From: an uncultured Myxococcales bacterium
GTDB taxonomy: Bacteria > Myxococcota > UBA4151
Direction: 5' to 3'
Assembly (NCBI GenBank): GCA_964013405.1
Contig: CAXGWI010000002.1
Location: 1-64,000, forward strand
Length of the DNA: 64,000 nt
How positions within the stretch are numbered: the first letter of the stretch is position 1; each line of letters begins with the position of its first letter. Positions 31,158 through 40,570 of the stretch are shown here, piece by piece. The notes under the pieces were generated by a model. That model was not told where the DNA came from and made no database searches. It worked only from the letters and a program-made list of their open reading frames with translations. Both the position numbers and the translations under genes were made by a program.

Positions 31158-33686
31158 GTGCGGATGAATAGAGCCCTTTCATGGTTGGCCCACCATGGTT
31201 GGAACCACCCTTGGCGAGTGCTTTCCATCTTGCTGCTGCCGACGCTGGTGCTTGGCTTCTTCGCGAGTCAACTTCGACTCGATGGTAGCCTGCTCGGTGC
31301 GGTCAACGACAATGACCCCCAGGTGGTTCGGCTCAAGCAGCTCAAAAAGCAATTCCCCGCCGGTGGCACCATGGCCTTGTTGGTGGAGGGGGGCACAGAA
31401 GCCCAGCGGCGGGCCGGTGTTCGACAGGCAGCGGAACAACTCGTCGAGCAGCCATCGGTACTTCAAGCAGCCTACCGCCTGGACGCGTTCATCGCCTATG
31501 GTCACGGCATTTTACTGATCAAAGACGAGACCTTCGAGCGATTGAAGCGCCGTTTGGAGGGATTGGCCTTCGTCCTCGAAGTCGCCCAGCATCCGGAGGC
31601 CCAGGAGACCCTCTCCACCCCCCAGGAGTCCAGTCCTGCGAAGGCGGAAGAGATGGTGGATCTGGCCGAAATGATTGCGGGTGATCTACCGTCGGGCTTG
31701 GTGGCCGAGGGGCTCTCGGACTTGCCCCTTCGAAGCGGCTGGTTCGCCAGTCCCGACGGACGCATCTACGTGCTGGACCTCCGGACCACTCTGGACCCCA
31801 TCGCCGATGATGTTGGGGGCGCAGCCTTCGTACCCATCGACCAAGCTTTAGCGTCTGTCCGGCAAGCTTACCCCGACTTGACCTTTACCTTCGCTGGCAT
31901 GGCTGCAACGGCCCACGAAGACCAGGCGAATGTCCTCAGTCAATTATTACCTCTGTCCTCGATTTCGCTGCTCTTGGTTCTCTTTCTATTGAGTCGATTG
32001 AACCGAAGTATTTGGTCGGTTGGGCTCACCGGGTGCGCCCTCGCAGTCGCCTTGGTTTGGACCTTCGGTTTGGTGCACCTCGTCATCGGCTATGCCTCGG
32101 TGATGGCTGCCGGCTTTGCGATTCTCCTCTTCGGTTTGGGGATCGACCACGCTGCCCATCTCCTGTTGCGCTTCGACCGGGAGCGCCGGGCAGGCTGCGA
32201 TGGCGCCGAGGCAACGAGGAGGATGCTCGTTCAGACGGGCCGAGGGGTCCTTGTGGGTGGACTGACCACCGCGTTGGCCTTCGGCTTGATGGCCTTCATC
32301 GATTTTAAAGCGGCGGTCCATCTCGGGATCACCGCCTGTATGGGGATGGTCGCGACGCTCATCACCGTGATGACGGTGTTGCCGGCCGGATTGCGTTTGA
32401 CCGTGGCTAAACGCCAGGTACCGCCGGAGGCTGCGCCGGTGGCGGTCCTCGAAAAGATCACCCAGGCCAGCCTCGCCTCGCCGAAGTGGGTGATGGGCCT
32501 GAGTGCTTTCATGCTGCTCCTGGGCCTTGCAGCCTTTCCCCGCTTCGAGTTGGAGACTGATCTCGAAGCGGTGATGACCCAAGATCTGCCCTCGATGATC
32601 GCATTGCGCCGTTTGAAAGACCAGGCGGGGATCACCACCGAAGCGGTGCTTTCTGCGGCACCGGACCTCGCAACGGCGCGGGCCCGAGCTGAGCGCCTTG
32701 AAGCGTTGCCTCAGGTGGCCCGAGTCGAGGGTGTTCACCGACTGCTGCCCCCGAACCTCAAGGAGCGGGTGGCTCGAAACCAGGCGATGCTGCCCATCGT
32801 AGAGGCCTTTGAAGACCTGCGCATCGAGGGGGTAACGTCGGCCCAGTTTCGTCAGGTGACGGCGGCCTTGGAGCAGCGGATTGAAGCCTGGCCCGAAACG
32901 GGCGAGTGGCGGGCAGTGAAGGCTCGGGCCCGGGGCGTCCTGGAGCGGATTCGTGCCCAGGACCCCAAAGCGCTTCAAGCCCACTTGGTCGCTGCCCAAA
33001 AGGCCCTCAAGCAGGGGCTGACCGATCCGGTGCTTCAACCGGAGGACCTACCGGAGCCCTGGCGGTCTCGTTATCTGGGCGACGGCGAGTACCTGAGCCT
33101 TATCTTTCCCAAGGACGAACGTCTTGCCGCCGATTCGCTCAGCGAGTTCCGGGCTGCTGTGACCGCGGTCGACCCCCAGGCCGCTGGAGGCCTCTTCGTT
33201 GTCGACTACTTGCTGGTGGGGGGCGTGGAGCGAATGAAGGGCAGCCTGGGGCTCATCTTGCTCGTCTTGTTCGTGGTCCTCTTCTTGGATTTGCGGCGCC
33301 CCAAACAGGTCGCGGTCGCCTTGGTTCCTCTGCTTTGTGGTTCCATTATCGGCCTCGGCGCCCTTCTTTGGCTGGGCCGGCCGATCACTTTGGTGATGTT
33401 GAGCGCATTCCCCCTCATCTTTGGCATTGGGATCGATGATGGCGTGCATCTGCTGCATGGGTGGAGAGAGGGGGGCGACATCAGCCGTTCGGTCAGTCAA
33501 ATTGGCGCTGGCATCCTCTTTACATCCCTGTCGACAGCCCTCTCTTTTGGCGTGTTGCTTGGCCTTGACCACAACGGCTTCGAAGGGCTCGCCCTTCTCG
33601 TGATCATCGGGGTTGGAACCTGCTTTGTCGCTTCGATGACGCTGTTGCCCGTGTTGGCGAGTCGTTTTCTGGAGCCGCCGACGTGA
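31158..33686 (+). CDS. MMPL/RND-family lipid transporter (HpnN-like)
   Basis: Two RND repeats with FGLGIDHAAH and FGIGIDDGVH; two large periplasmic loops. Confidence 0.9.
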   Translation: MRMNRALSWLAHHGWNHPWRVLSILLLPTLVLGFFASQLRLDGSLLGAVNDNDPQVVRLKQLKKQFPAGGTMALLVEGGTEAQRRAGVRQAAEQLVEQPSVLQAAYRLDAFIAYGHGILLIKDETFERLKRRLEGLAFVLEVAQHPEAQETLSTPQESSPAKAEEMVDLAEMIAGDLPSGLVAEGLSDLPLRSGWFASPDGRIYVLDLRTTLDPIADDVGGAAFVPIDQALASVRQAYPDLTFTFAGMAATAHEDQANVLSQLLPLSSISLLLVLFLLSRLNRSIWSVGLTGCALAVALVWTFGLVHLVIGYASVMAAGFAILLFGLGIDHAAHLLLRFDRERRAGCDGAEATRRMLVQTGRGVLVGGLTTALAFGLMAFIDFKAAVHLGITACMGMVATLITVMTVLPAGLRLTVAKRQVPPEAAPVAVLEKITQASLASPKWVMGLSAFMLLLGLAAFPRFELETDLEAVMTQDLPSMIALRRLKDQAGITTEAVLSAAPDLATARARAERLEALPQVARVEGVHRLLPPNLKERVARNQAMLPIVEAFEDLRIEGVTSAQFRQVTAALEQRIEAWPETGEWRAVKARARGVLERIRAQDPKALQAHLVAAQKALKQGLTDPVLQPEDLPEPWRSRYLGDGEYLSLIFPKDERLAADSLSEFRAAVTAVDPQAAGGLFVVDYLLVGGVERMKGSLGLILLVLFVVLFLDLRRPKQVAVALVPLLCGSIIGLGALLWLGRPITLVMLSAFPLIFGIGIDDGVHLLHGWREGGDISRSVSQIGAGILFTSLSTALSFGVLLGLDHNGFEGLALLVIIGVGTCFVASMTLLPVLASRFLEPPT

Positions 33687-33732
33687 AACTTGGACCTCGC
33701 TCACAGCCGGGCCCGCACGGGGGTGCCCTTTA

Positions 33733-34524
33733 ATGCTGTGGGTCTGCCTGTGGTTCCTGTGGTTTGCCCTGGTGGGTGGGGCGGTCTCGATTACCTATCA
33801 TCGGATGCTCGCCCACCGAGCGTTCCGGGCCCGCCCGTGGTTTCGCTATACACTGGTGGTCCTGGCCGCAACGGCAGGCCCGCCCATTCAATGGGCCAGC
33901 AATCACCGTCGACATCATCGGTATGTGGACCAGGAGGGTGATCCCCATTCACCGATCCAGGATGGTTTTTGGTGGGCCCACTGCGGGTGGTATTTGGGCC
34001 GGCGTGAGCCGTGGCTGTGCCTCCTCTTCGCCTTATCCGGGCCCTTCAGGCTGATCATCGATCCCTTTCTCTGGCCGTCCCTTGAGGCCATGGAACGGGT
34101 CCCACAGGATCTCGGCAAGGATCGGGGCCTGGTCTTCCTGTCCCAGCACTCGGTGCACCGCGGTATGATTTTGCTCCACCTTCTTCCTGTGGTCGGCTTT
34201 TGTTGGGCCTTGGGGTGGCCGGGGCTGTTGATTGCGTGGGCCAGCGCCGTCTTTTTCTACAATCTGGGCGATGGGGTGAACTCGTTCGGTCATCTCTATG
34301 GCGAGCGTGACCCCGCCAACGCCGGTGAGGCGCGAGACACCTGGTGGTTGGCCCTTTTGACTTTCGGCGAAGGTTGGCACGGTTTCCACCACGCCCATCC
34401 CCGGTCGCCCCGGATGGGACCCTTCGACTTCGGTTGGTGGGCGATTTGGGTCTTTGATCGAATCGGCTTAATTGAAGCACGACGCCCCGAGCAGGGGCAG
34501 CAGGGGGAGCGACAGCATGCCTGA
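33733..34524 (+). CDS. Membrane fatty acid desaturase (delta-9 acyl-CoA/acyl-lipid type)
   Basis: His boxes HRMLAH, HRRHH (followed by DPHSP) and GEGWHGFHH. Confidence 0.92.
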   Translation: MLWVCLWFLWFALVGGAVSITYHRMLAHRAFRARPWFRYTLVVLAATAGPPIQWASNHRRHHRYVDQEGDPHSPIQDGFWWAHCGWYLGRREPWLCLLFALSGPFRLIIDPFLWPSLEAMERVPQDLGKDRGLVFLSQHSVHRGMILLHLLPVVGFCWALGWPGLLIAWASAVFFYNLGDGVNSFGHLYGERDPANAGEARDTWWLALLTFGEGWHGFHHAHPRSPRMGPFDFGWWAIWVFDRIGLIEARRPEQGQQGERQHA

Positions 34525-35098
34525 ACCTACCGAAAGCCAATTGGTTCTCTACCTCATCCTCTATGTGATCCTGCCCATCTGGACCATCGCCGGCACGGTG
34601 GACTGGTGGTGTCACCGAAGGACGAAGATCGAGGAGACCAGTGGCCTGAAAGAGAGCATCATCCACAGCATCATGGGCATTCAGGTGGGGCTCCCCATCC
34701 TCGCCTGCCTCATCTTCGAGGTGAACGTCCTCTTGATGCTCTTTTGTTTCTTCATCCTCATCACCCACGAGTACGTGGCCCATCAGGATATTGTTTGGGC
34801 GACGCCGAGACGGGAAATCTCCCACCTCGAAATCCATGCCCACAGTTATCTCTCGACCGTTCCCTTCTACCTCATCGGTCTGATCGTGGTTCGGCGCTGG
34901 GATACCTTTTTGAAGATGATCACCTTCGACTGGTCCGGCGAGATGAGTCTTGTCCTTCGCAGCGAACCCATTGGAGGCACGCCCTACTATTTGCCCTATT
35001 ACTTAACCTTTGCTCTTTGCGTGGGCGTGGTTCCCTACGTTGAAGAGAACATTCGCTGCTGGAATTATCAGCGGCGCCAGCGAAAGGCTCAGGCATGA
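34517..35098 (+). CDS. His-rich integral membrane protein of unknown function
   Basis: About 5 TM helices; DWWCHRRTKIE, HEYVAHQD and EIHAHSYL motifs; overlaps both neighbours. Confidence 0.78.
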   Translation: MPEPTESQLVLYLILYVILPIWTIAGTVDWWCHRRTKIEETSGLKESIIHSIMGIQVGLPILACLIFEVNVLLMLFCFFILITHEYVAHQDIVWATPRREISHLEIHAHSYLSTVPFYLIGLIVVRRWDTFLKMITFDWSGEMSLVLRSEPIGGTPYYLPYYLTFALCVGVVPYVEENIRCWNYQRRQRKAQA

Positions 35099-36231
35099 GC
35101 GTCTATATCACCCAGACGGGGTCATACCTCCCCGGTGATCCGGTGGACAATGAACGGATCGAGACGGTCCTGGGATTTGTCCATGACAAGCCGAGCAAGC
35201 TCAAACGGCGGATCCTCAAATCCAACGGCATTCAGACCCGTCATTATGCCATCGACGCGGCCCAGGAGACGCAGGTTCAAAATGAAGAGATGGCGGTGGC
35301 TGCCGGTCAATTGGCCTTGGAGCGATCTGGTCTCGAGCCCCAGGACATTGGTTTGCTGAGCGTGGCGACGAGTCAGGGGGACTATGTTTTACCGGGGTTC
35401 GGCAGTCAGGTGCAGGCCGGTCTCGAGATTCCCCGGGTGGAGCTGGTCACCACCCATGGCATTTGCTCCTGTGCGATGATGGCTCTGAAGGCTGCGGTGA
35501 ACGGGGTGAAAGTTGGTGACCAACAACAGGCGCTGGTCGTCTCCTCTGAATTGTCGAGTCGCTTACTCAAAAAGCAGCGCTACGAGGCGGCGATCGGCTC
35601 GATCGGCGCACAGAGAGGCTTGGATTTTAATGCAGAATTCCTGCGTTGGATGCTTTCGGATGGGGCCGGGGCCATCGTTCTTTCCGATCGGCCCCGGGCC
35701 AATCAACTGAGTTTTCGAGTCGACTGGATTCGATCCTTCTCCCATGCGGACAGTTTTCCCGTTTGTATGAGCGTTGGTCACTCCGGCAAGGGGGAAGATG
35801 CCCCGAAGTCCTGGCAGGATTACAGCACCTATGGCGAGGCCGAGGCCGATGGTGCCCTGCTGATTCGCCAGGATGTCCGTCTGCTGGAAAATATCGTCAA
35901 GCTGGGGGTTGATGGCTTTCTGGGCCTCATCGAAGAAGGCACGGTGGCCGTCGACGAGATCGATCACTTCCTCTGCCATTACAGTTCCCATTATTTCCGT
36001 GGAAAAATCGTTGAGATGCTGACCAAAGCCGGGGCGATGGTGCCCGAAGAGCGCTGGTTCACGAATCTCTATGACAAGGGCAATACGGGCTGTGCGGCCA
36101 TGTTCATTATGATCGATGAGTTTTTCCAGTCAGGTCGGGCGAAGCCTGGCGAGACCATCTTTTGCCATGTGCCCGAATCCGGGCGCTTTAATACGGTCTA
36201 CATGCAACTGACCTGTGTGGAGGGCACATGA
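35095..36231 (+). CDS. StlD/DarB-family beta-ketoacyl synthase III-like enzyme
   Basis: Cys in HGICSC, His in HYSS, Asn in GNTG; AEFLRWMLSDGAGA and VPESGRF motifs typical of DarB/StlD. Confidence 0.9.
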   Translation: MSVYITQTGSYLPGDPVDNERIETVLGFVHDKPSKLKRRILKSNGIQTRHYAIDAAQETQVQNEEMAVAAGQLALERSGLEPQDIGLLSVATSQGDYVLPGFGSQVQAGLEIPRVELVTTHGICSCAMMALKAAVNGVKVGDQQQALVVSSELSSRLLKKQRYEAAIGSIGAQRGLDFNAEFLRWMLSDGAGAIVLSDRPRANQLSFRVDWIRSFSHADSFPVCMSVGHSGKGEDAPKSWQDYSTYGEAEADGALLIRQDVRLLENIVKLGVDGFLGLIEEGTVAVDEIDHFLCHYSSHYFRGKIVEMLTKAGAMVPEERWFTNLYDKGNTGCAAMFIMIDEFFQSGRAKPGETIFCHVPESGRFNTVYMQLTCVEGT

Positions 36232-36932
36232 CCCAAGACGACCCGATCGGTGGGCAGGAGGCCCTTCAACCCCTGGCCCAAGAAGCCTTGAGAGGCTTGT
36301 TGCGCACTTGGATGGAGTTTGAACGCAAGCTCGCAAAGGTGCCGGTGCTACGGCGCTTAGATACGGGCACCTTTTCCCAGTCGGATTATCAGCGTCTCCT
36401 TTTCAACCTGCGGGCCCAGGTGGTGGAAGGGGCCCGCTGGATCACCCGAGCAGCCTCCAGTTTTGACCGGGACCATGCCGAGGTTCGTAGCATCGTGATC
36501 AGTCATGCCAAAGATGAGCATCGGGATTATGAGATCCTAGAGCAGGATTATGTCCGTGCCGGTGGCGAACTCGAGGCGATCCAGGCTGGCCAACGCAACA
36601 TCGGCAGCGAAGCCTTGGCGGCCTTTCTCATGCACCGAGCCAGCCAACCCAACCCGGTGGATATGCTCGGGGCGATGTTCATCATCGAGGGCTTGGGCGA
36701 AAAGATGGCAGCCAGCTGGGCGGAACGTATCTGTGAATTGACCGGCCTACCTGAAGAGGCGACCACCTTTCTCCGTTACCACGGCGAAAATGACGAGAAC
36801 CATATGGAGCGTTTCTACGTCATGCTGGACACGGTGGCGACCAGCCCGGAGCGGGTCGCAGCCATACAGAAAACAGCCAAGGTGGTGGCCCGCCTCTACG
36901 CATTACAACTGGAGGAGTTGGACAATGTCTGA
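36228..36932 (+). CDS. Heme-oxygenase-like diiron redox enzyme (HDO, TenA/PqqC superfamily)
   Basis: HAKDEHRD, FIIEGLG and YHGENDENH metal-ligand pattern; ATGA overlap with the ketosynthase. Confidence 0.85.
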   Translation: MTQDDPIGGQEALQPLAQEALRGLLRTWMEFERKLAKVPVLRRLDTGTFSQSDYQRLLFNLRAQVVEGARWITRAASSFDRDHAEVRSIVISHAKDEHRDYEILEQDYVRAGGELEAIQAGQRNIGSEALAAFLMHRASQPNPVDMLGAMFIIEGLGEKMAASWAERICELTGLPEEATTFLRYHGENDENHMERFYVMLDTVATSPERVAAIQKTAKVVARLYALQLEELDNV

Positions 36933-37770
36933 GCGGAGTGCAGCCACTCTTTATGAGGCTTTGCTCGCCGATGACAGCCATCCCATCGATCCGGTGGCCA
37001 AAAAATATTGGCTTCAGGACCTCCAGAACCCACTGCGCTTGAGTCTGCTGCCGCTGATGCGCATTGGCTGTACGCTGACGCTGCACACGGTCTACTTTTT
37101 GAAGCGATTGATCCCGATCCAGTTCCGGGCCCATCGGTTCCTGCAGTGGTTGATCTGCTTCTTCATGAAATACTTCGTTCGACCGGAGGCAAACATCCTC
37201 ATCATTCGTCACTTTGCTGTCGAGTCGAACATCCTTAACCTGCTGATCCGCAACTCGAAGGGCGGCGAGAACGTCCCCCTGGTGGACCTTTACCCCAGCA
37301 TGATCCGGGACTTGATGGACGCCACATTTGTCGATCACGACCAAGGGGTTTTGATGACGTTTCGCGATCTGGGCAGTTGCCGAGATGAGGCCTGGCCGAT
37401 GGCCGAAGCGTCCCTGGACTGGAGCGGATGGCGTGACTTTGAGGTCCAGTACGATACGTTCCACAAAAAATGGACTCAGTTTCTCGATTTTGAAACGGCT
37501 CATGAACTCTTCAAGACGACCTTTTGCCTCCTCTTGACCGCCCGAGAATATGAGGCGGCGATCAACTCCTTCCAATTCGATGAGTCGATGGCGCTGCGGA
37601 TTGGCCGAATGATCGACGAGCCGAATCTGGTGGAGATGACCGCGAACAAGTTCCCGCTGGTCTTGGTGAGCACCCGCAACTTAAGTCGGCGGTTTGTGCT
37701 TCATGGCATCTTTACGGAGCACCTACATGCTCATCTACAGGAGATTAGAGTTCGCCATCACGGAAGGTAA
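36925..37770 (+). CDS. DUF6999-like hypothetical protein
   Basis: FVRPEANILIIRHFAVESNIL and EYEAAINSFQFDE; position after DarB-like and HDO genes matches my recollection of this family. ATG 36925 follows GGAGGAG. Confidence 0.7.
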   Translation: MSERSAATLYEALLADDSHPIDPVAKKYWLQDLQNPLRLSLLPLMRIGCTLTLHTVYFLKRLIPIQFRAHRFLQWLICFFMKYFVRPEANILIIRHFAVESNILNLLIRNSKGGENVPLVDLYPSMIRDLMDATFVDHDQGVLMTFRDLGSCRDEAWPMAEASLDWSGWRDFEVQYDTFHKKWTQFLDFETAHELFKTTFCLLLTAREYEAAINSFQFDESMALRIGRMIDEPNLVEMTANKFPLVLVSTRNLSRRFVLHGIFTEHLHAHLQEIRVRHHGR

Positions 37771-37803
37771 TGCCGGTGGGGACCGACCCGTAACCGACTG
37801 CTA

Positions 37804-37820
37804 TAAGACTTAAAGTCTTA
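37804..37820. promoter_or_regulatory. Perfect AT-rich palindrome, candidate operator
   Basis: TAAGACTT-A-AAGTCTTA (8-bp arms), intergenic. Confidence 0.55.
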
Positions 37821-37899
37821 GTTGAGGGAGGTCCTCCTCGGGGCCTTGCAGTGTGAGGGATTCCTTCAGTACAGTTGGATGTCCAACCGGAGTAAAACC

Positions 37900-38436
37900 A
37901 TGCCTGAAGAACCGATGGAGCCCTTAAGAAATGATCCCAACAGCACCTGCCATGACGAGACAGTCACCTGGCTTGCGAGCGGTGATCAACCCAATCCACT
38001 CACAACGATGGAGCGGGCCCGCCGGGAGCGACAATTAAGAAGATCCAGCGCATCGCCCCGGCCCGAACTCCTCGAGCAGGTTCGCCATGGGTTTCTCAGC
38101 TTTAATCCCCACGATGACGGGGAGATGGAGGCTGATGTCTTCCGGATGGATGTCGCTGAGATCCGCGACCGACTCCCCGAATCGGTCCTCTCGTCTTTCG
38201 ATCATTACCGGCATTTTGTGGAGGGGCATCGCTGGGGCTTTGTTCGCCTCTTGGCCCGCTACATGAACGAGGACCGGGTGCTGGTCGTGGCTGTTCGGGC
38301 CACCCATGGCGGCTATCTAGAAATCTTCGATGCTCACGGGATGCCCCTGCTTAGTGGCCGCAAGTTCCAAGATGAAGCCATTTGCTGGGATGGGGAGTTT
38401 GGTGCCTGTCGGGAGTCCGTCATTTACGACGACTGA
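37900..38436 (+). CDS. Hypothetical protein
   Basis: GGAG RBS before ATG 37900; ORF fills the gap; no motif recognised. Confidence 0.6.
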   Translation: MPEEPMEPLRNDPNSTCHDETVTWLASGDQPNPLTTMERARRERQLRRSSASPRPELLEQVRHGFLSFNPHDDGEMEADVFRMDVAEIRDRLPESVLSSFDHYRHFVEGHRWGFVRLLARYMNEDRVLVVAVRATHGGYLEIFDAHGMPLLSGRKFQDEAICWDGEFGACRESVIYDD

Positions 38437-39731
38437 GCTAAACCAGCCCCATCGGGAACTGACTCGGGGGCGACGGCTAGGCTCACAACAAACCTCGAAC
38501 CTTGGGGCGCACGGTCTTCGAAGCGAACGCTGCCGTTCATGGCCTGGCAGAGGTGTTTGACAATGGCCAGGCCAAGTCCCGAGCCACCTCGGTCTCGACT
38601 TCGACCCCCATCCACCCGATAAAATCGTTCGAAGAGCCGGTCTTGATGCCTCGCTTCGATGCCCTGGCCATCATCTTCGATCAGGATCTCGACGTGGTCA
38701 CCCGCTGGCCGCGCGGCCACAAGGATGCTTTCACCACCGTACTTTAGGGCGTTGTCGATGAGATTGACGAGGACCTGTTCGAGGGCTTGGCGGTCAGCCA
38801 GAATGCGGAGGTCGCCGGCCTGCTCATGGCGAATCTTCGCGCCACTTGCCTCGGAATGGGCCTGACAGAGCAAGAGGCTTCGTTCGATCTCCTGGTGGAC
38901 ATCGATCGGGCCGAGGGCCGCGCTGAATTGACCTGCTTCGAGACGGCTTAACTCCAAGAGACTTGCGATGAGTGAGCCAAGTCGTTCCGCATGGCGGTGA
39001 ATCGCTTTCGCAAGGTCGAGGCTACGACCTTCAAGAGCCCCATGGGTCACGAGGACTTCGCTGCTCGATTGAATGACCGCAACAGGCGTCCTTAGCTCAT
39101 GCTCGACGTTGGCGACGAAATCCTTTCGCACCCGCTCCAGGCGCCGGACCTCGGTAAGGTCCAGCACCACCAAGACCGCACCACCTTGTTGAAGGGGGCG
39201 GACACGGGCCAGGTGGTTGCGGCCGTCGGGGCGCTCGAACTCGGCCTCCCCCCCGTGCCCTTGAAGCGCCTGCCGAACAACCTCATGGAGTGCGGGAACC
39301 CGCAGGACTTCGATGAGTCTCAGCCCAAGACTGTCGCCTTGGCTATCCAAAAGGCTCTGGCCGGCATCGTTACATGCATTGATTCGGCCTTGAGCATCCA
39401 GGCTGATCACCCCCTCTGCCATGCCTTCGAGGAGAACACCCAGCCGGTCCCGTTCTGCAGCGAGTCGGTCGATACGCCCGGCGAGTTTTTTCTGCCCGTC
39501 TCTGATGGCCCGAGACAGGAGATCCAACTGATCACTGCCCGTCGTCGTTTGCCCCTGGAAGGCCCAATCCGGATCGACCAGTTGCTGAAGGCGATGGCGC
39601 AAGAGCAGGCTGTGGAGAATGCTGGTGATCATCACGGCTGAGGTGATCAAGGCGATGGTCTGGGACCAACCCGTGGTGAAAAAAGCCAGCGAGATCCCAA
39701 GGATCCCGATGACGCAACGCAGGATGTTCAT
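38424..39731 (-). CDS. phoR: PhoR-like sensor histidine kinase (TM, PAS, HisKA, HATPase)
   Basis: RRLERVRKDFVANVEHELRTP, NLIDNALKY and LFERFYRVD..RSR..GGSGLGLAIVKH. Confidence 0.85.
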   Translation of the reverse strand: MNILRCVIGILGISLAFFTTGWSQTIALITSAVMITSILHSLLLRHRLQQLVDPDWAFQGQTTTGSDQLDLLSRAIRDGQKKLAGRIDRLAAERDRLGVLLEGMAEGVISLDAQGRINACNDAGQSLLDSQGDSLGLRLIEVLRVPALHEVVRQALQGHGGEAEFERPDGRNHLARVRPLQQGGAVLVVLDLTEVRRLERVRKDFVANVEHELRTPVAVIQSSSEVLVTHGALEGRSLDLAKAIHRHAERLGSLIASLLELSRLEAGQFSAALGPIDVHQEIERSLLLCQAHSEASGAKIRHEQAGDLRILADRQALEQVLVNLIDNALKYGGESILVAARPAGDHVEILIEDDGQGIEARHQDRLFERFYRVDGGRSRDRGGSGLGLAIVKHLCQAMNGSVRFEDRAPQGSRFVVSLAVAPESVPDGAGLAQSS

Positions 39732-40426
39732 GGGGTCTCTTGACTACGGAAGCGGTAGCCGACGCCGCGAACCGTCTCGATATAGCTGCCGGCCGACCCC
39801 AGTTTTTCCCGCAGTCGTTTGATGTGGGTGTCGACGGTCCGGTCACTGACAAATGTTTCCGTGCCCCAAACATCGTCGAGGAGGACCTCTCGACTTTGAA
39901 CTCGGCCTCTGCGCTCAAGAAGGGTGACGAGGAGTTTGAACTCAAGAGCTGTGCAGGCCAGCTCTTGGTCATCGACCAACACCCGGTGTCCTGGGAGGTC
40001 GACGACGAGACTGCCGAACTCAATGGCATCCTCCTGCTGAACCGACGTTTCAGTCCGGAGGTTCGGTCGCCTTAAGAGAGCCCGTATGCGCAACTCCAAT
40101 TCTCGCATTGCGAAGGGCTTCACGAGATAGTCATCGGCCCCCGCCTCAAACCCAACGACCCGGTCATAGGTTTCGCCTCGGGCCGTGAGCATGAGCACTG
40201 GGAGGTTTTGGTAACTTGGATCTCGCCGCAGTTGCCGACAGATTTCGAGGCCTGTGAGGTCTGGCAGCATCAGGTCCAAAATGACCAAGGCGAATGTTTC
40301 GTGCAGGAGCACGTCGAGTCCGGCCCGGCCTGTGGTTACGTGGGTCACCTGAAAGCCAACAGCCTCAAGACCAAGGACAACACCCTGGGCCAGATCCTCC
40401 TCGTCCTCCACAAGCAGAAGTTTCAT
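39728..40426 (-). CDS. phoB: PhoB/OmpR-family response regulator
   Basis: LLVEDE, LDLMLP, GADDYLVKPF and RTVDTHIKRLREKL..IETVRGVGY; GGAGG RBS. Confidence 0.85.
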   Translation of the reverse strand: MKLLLVEDEEDLAQGVVLGLEAVGFQVTHVTTGRAGLDVLLHETFALVILDLMLPDLTGLEICRQLRRDPSYQNLPVLMLTARGETYDRVVGFEAGADDYLVKPFAMRELELRIRALLRRPNLRTETSVQQEDAIEFGSLVVDLPGHRVLVDDQELACTALEFKLLVTLLERRGRVQSREVLLDDVWGTETFVSDRTVDTHIKRLREKLGSAGSYIETVRGVGYRFRSQETP

Positions 40427-40464
40427 GGAACCTCCGGAGCCGTCTCTAATGGACGGGACACTCC

Positions 40465-40493
40465 ATGTCACATGCCTGCCATCTAATTGTTGC
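40465..40493 (+). promoter_or_regulatory. Pho-box-like 11-bp-periodic direct repeats
   Basis: TGTCAC (40466), TGCCAT (40477) and TGTTGC (40488), spaced exactly 11 bp, upstream of phoB. Confidence 0.45.
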
Positions 40494-40570
40494 GATTCAA
40501 AGGCGACAGTGGGCGCGGCCTCGTTCGTTGAGCCCTTGACCGGAGGTCCTAGTTATTCCAATCCCCGGCC

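Noticed and set aside
39095..39120. Atypical H-box NVEHELRTP in the PhoR-like kinase
   Set aside because: Single substitution next to an intact phospho-His; not enough to infer altered function.
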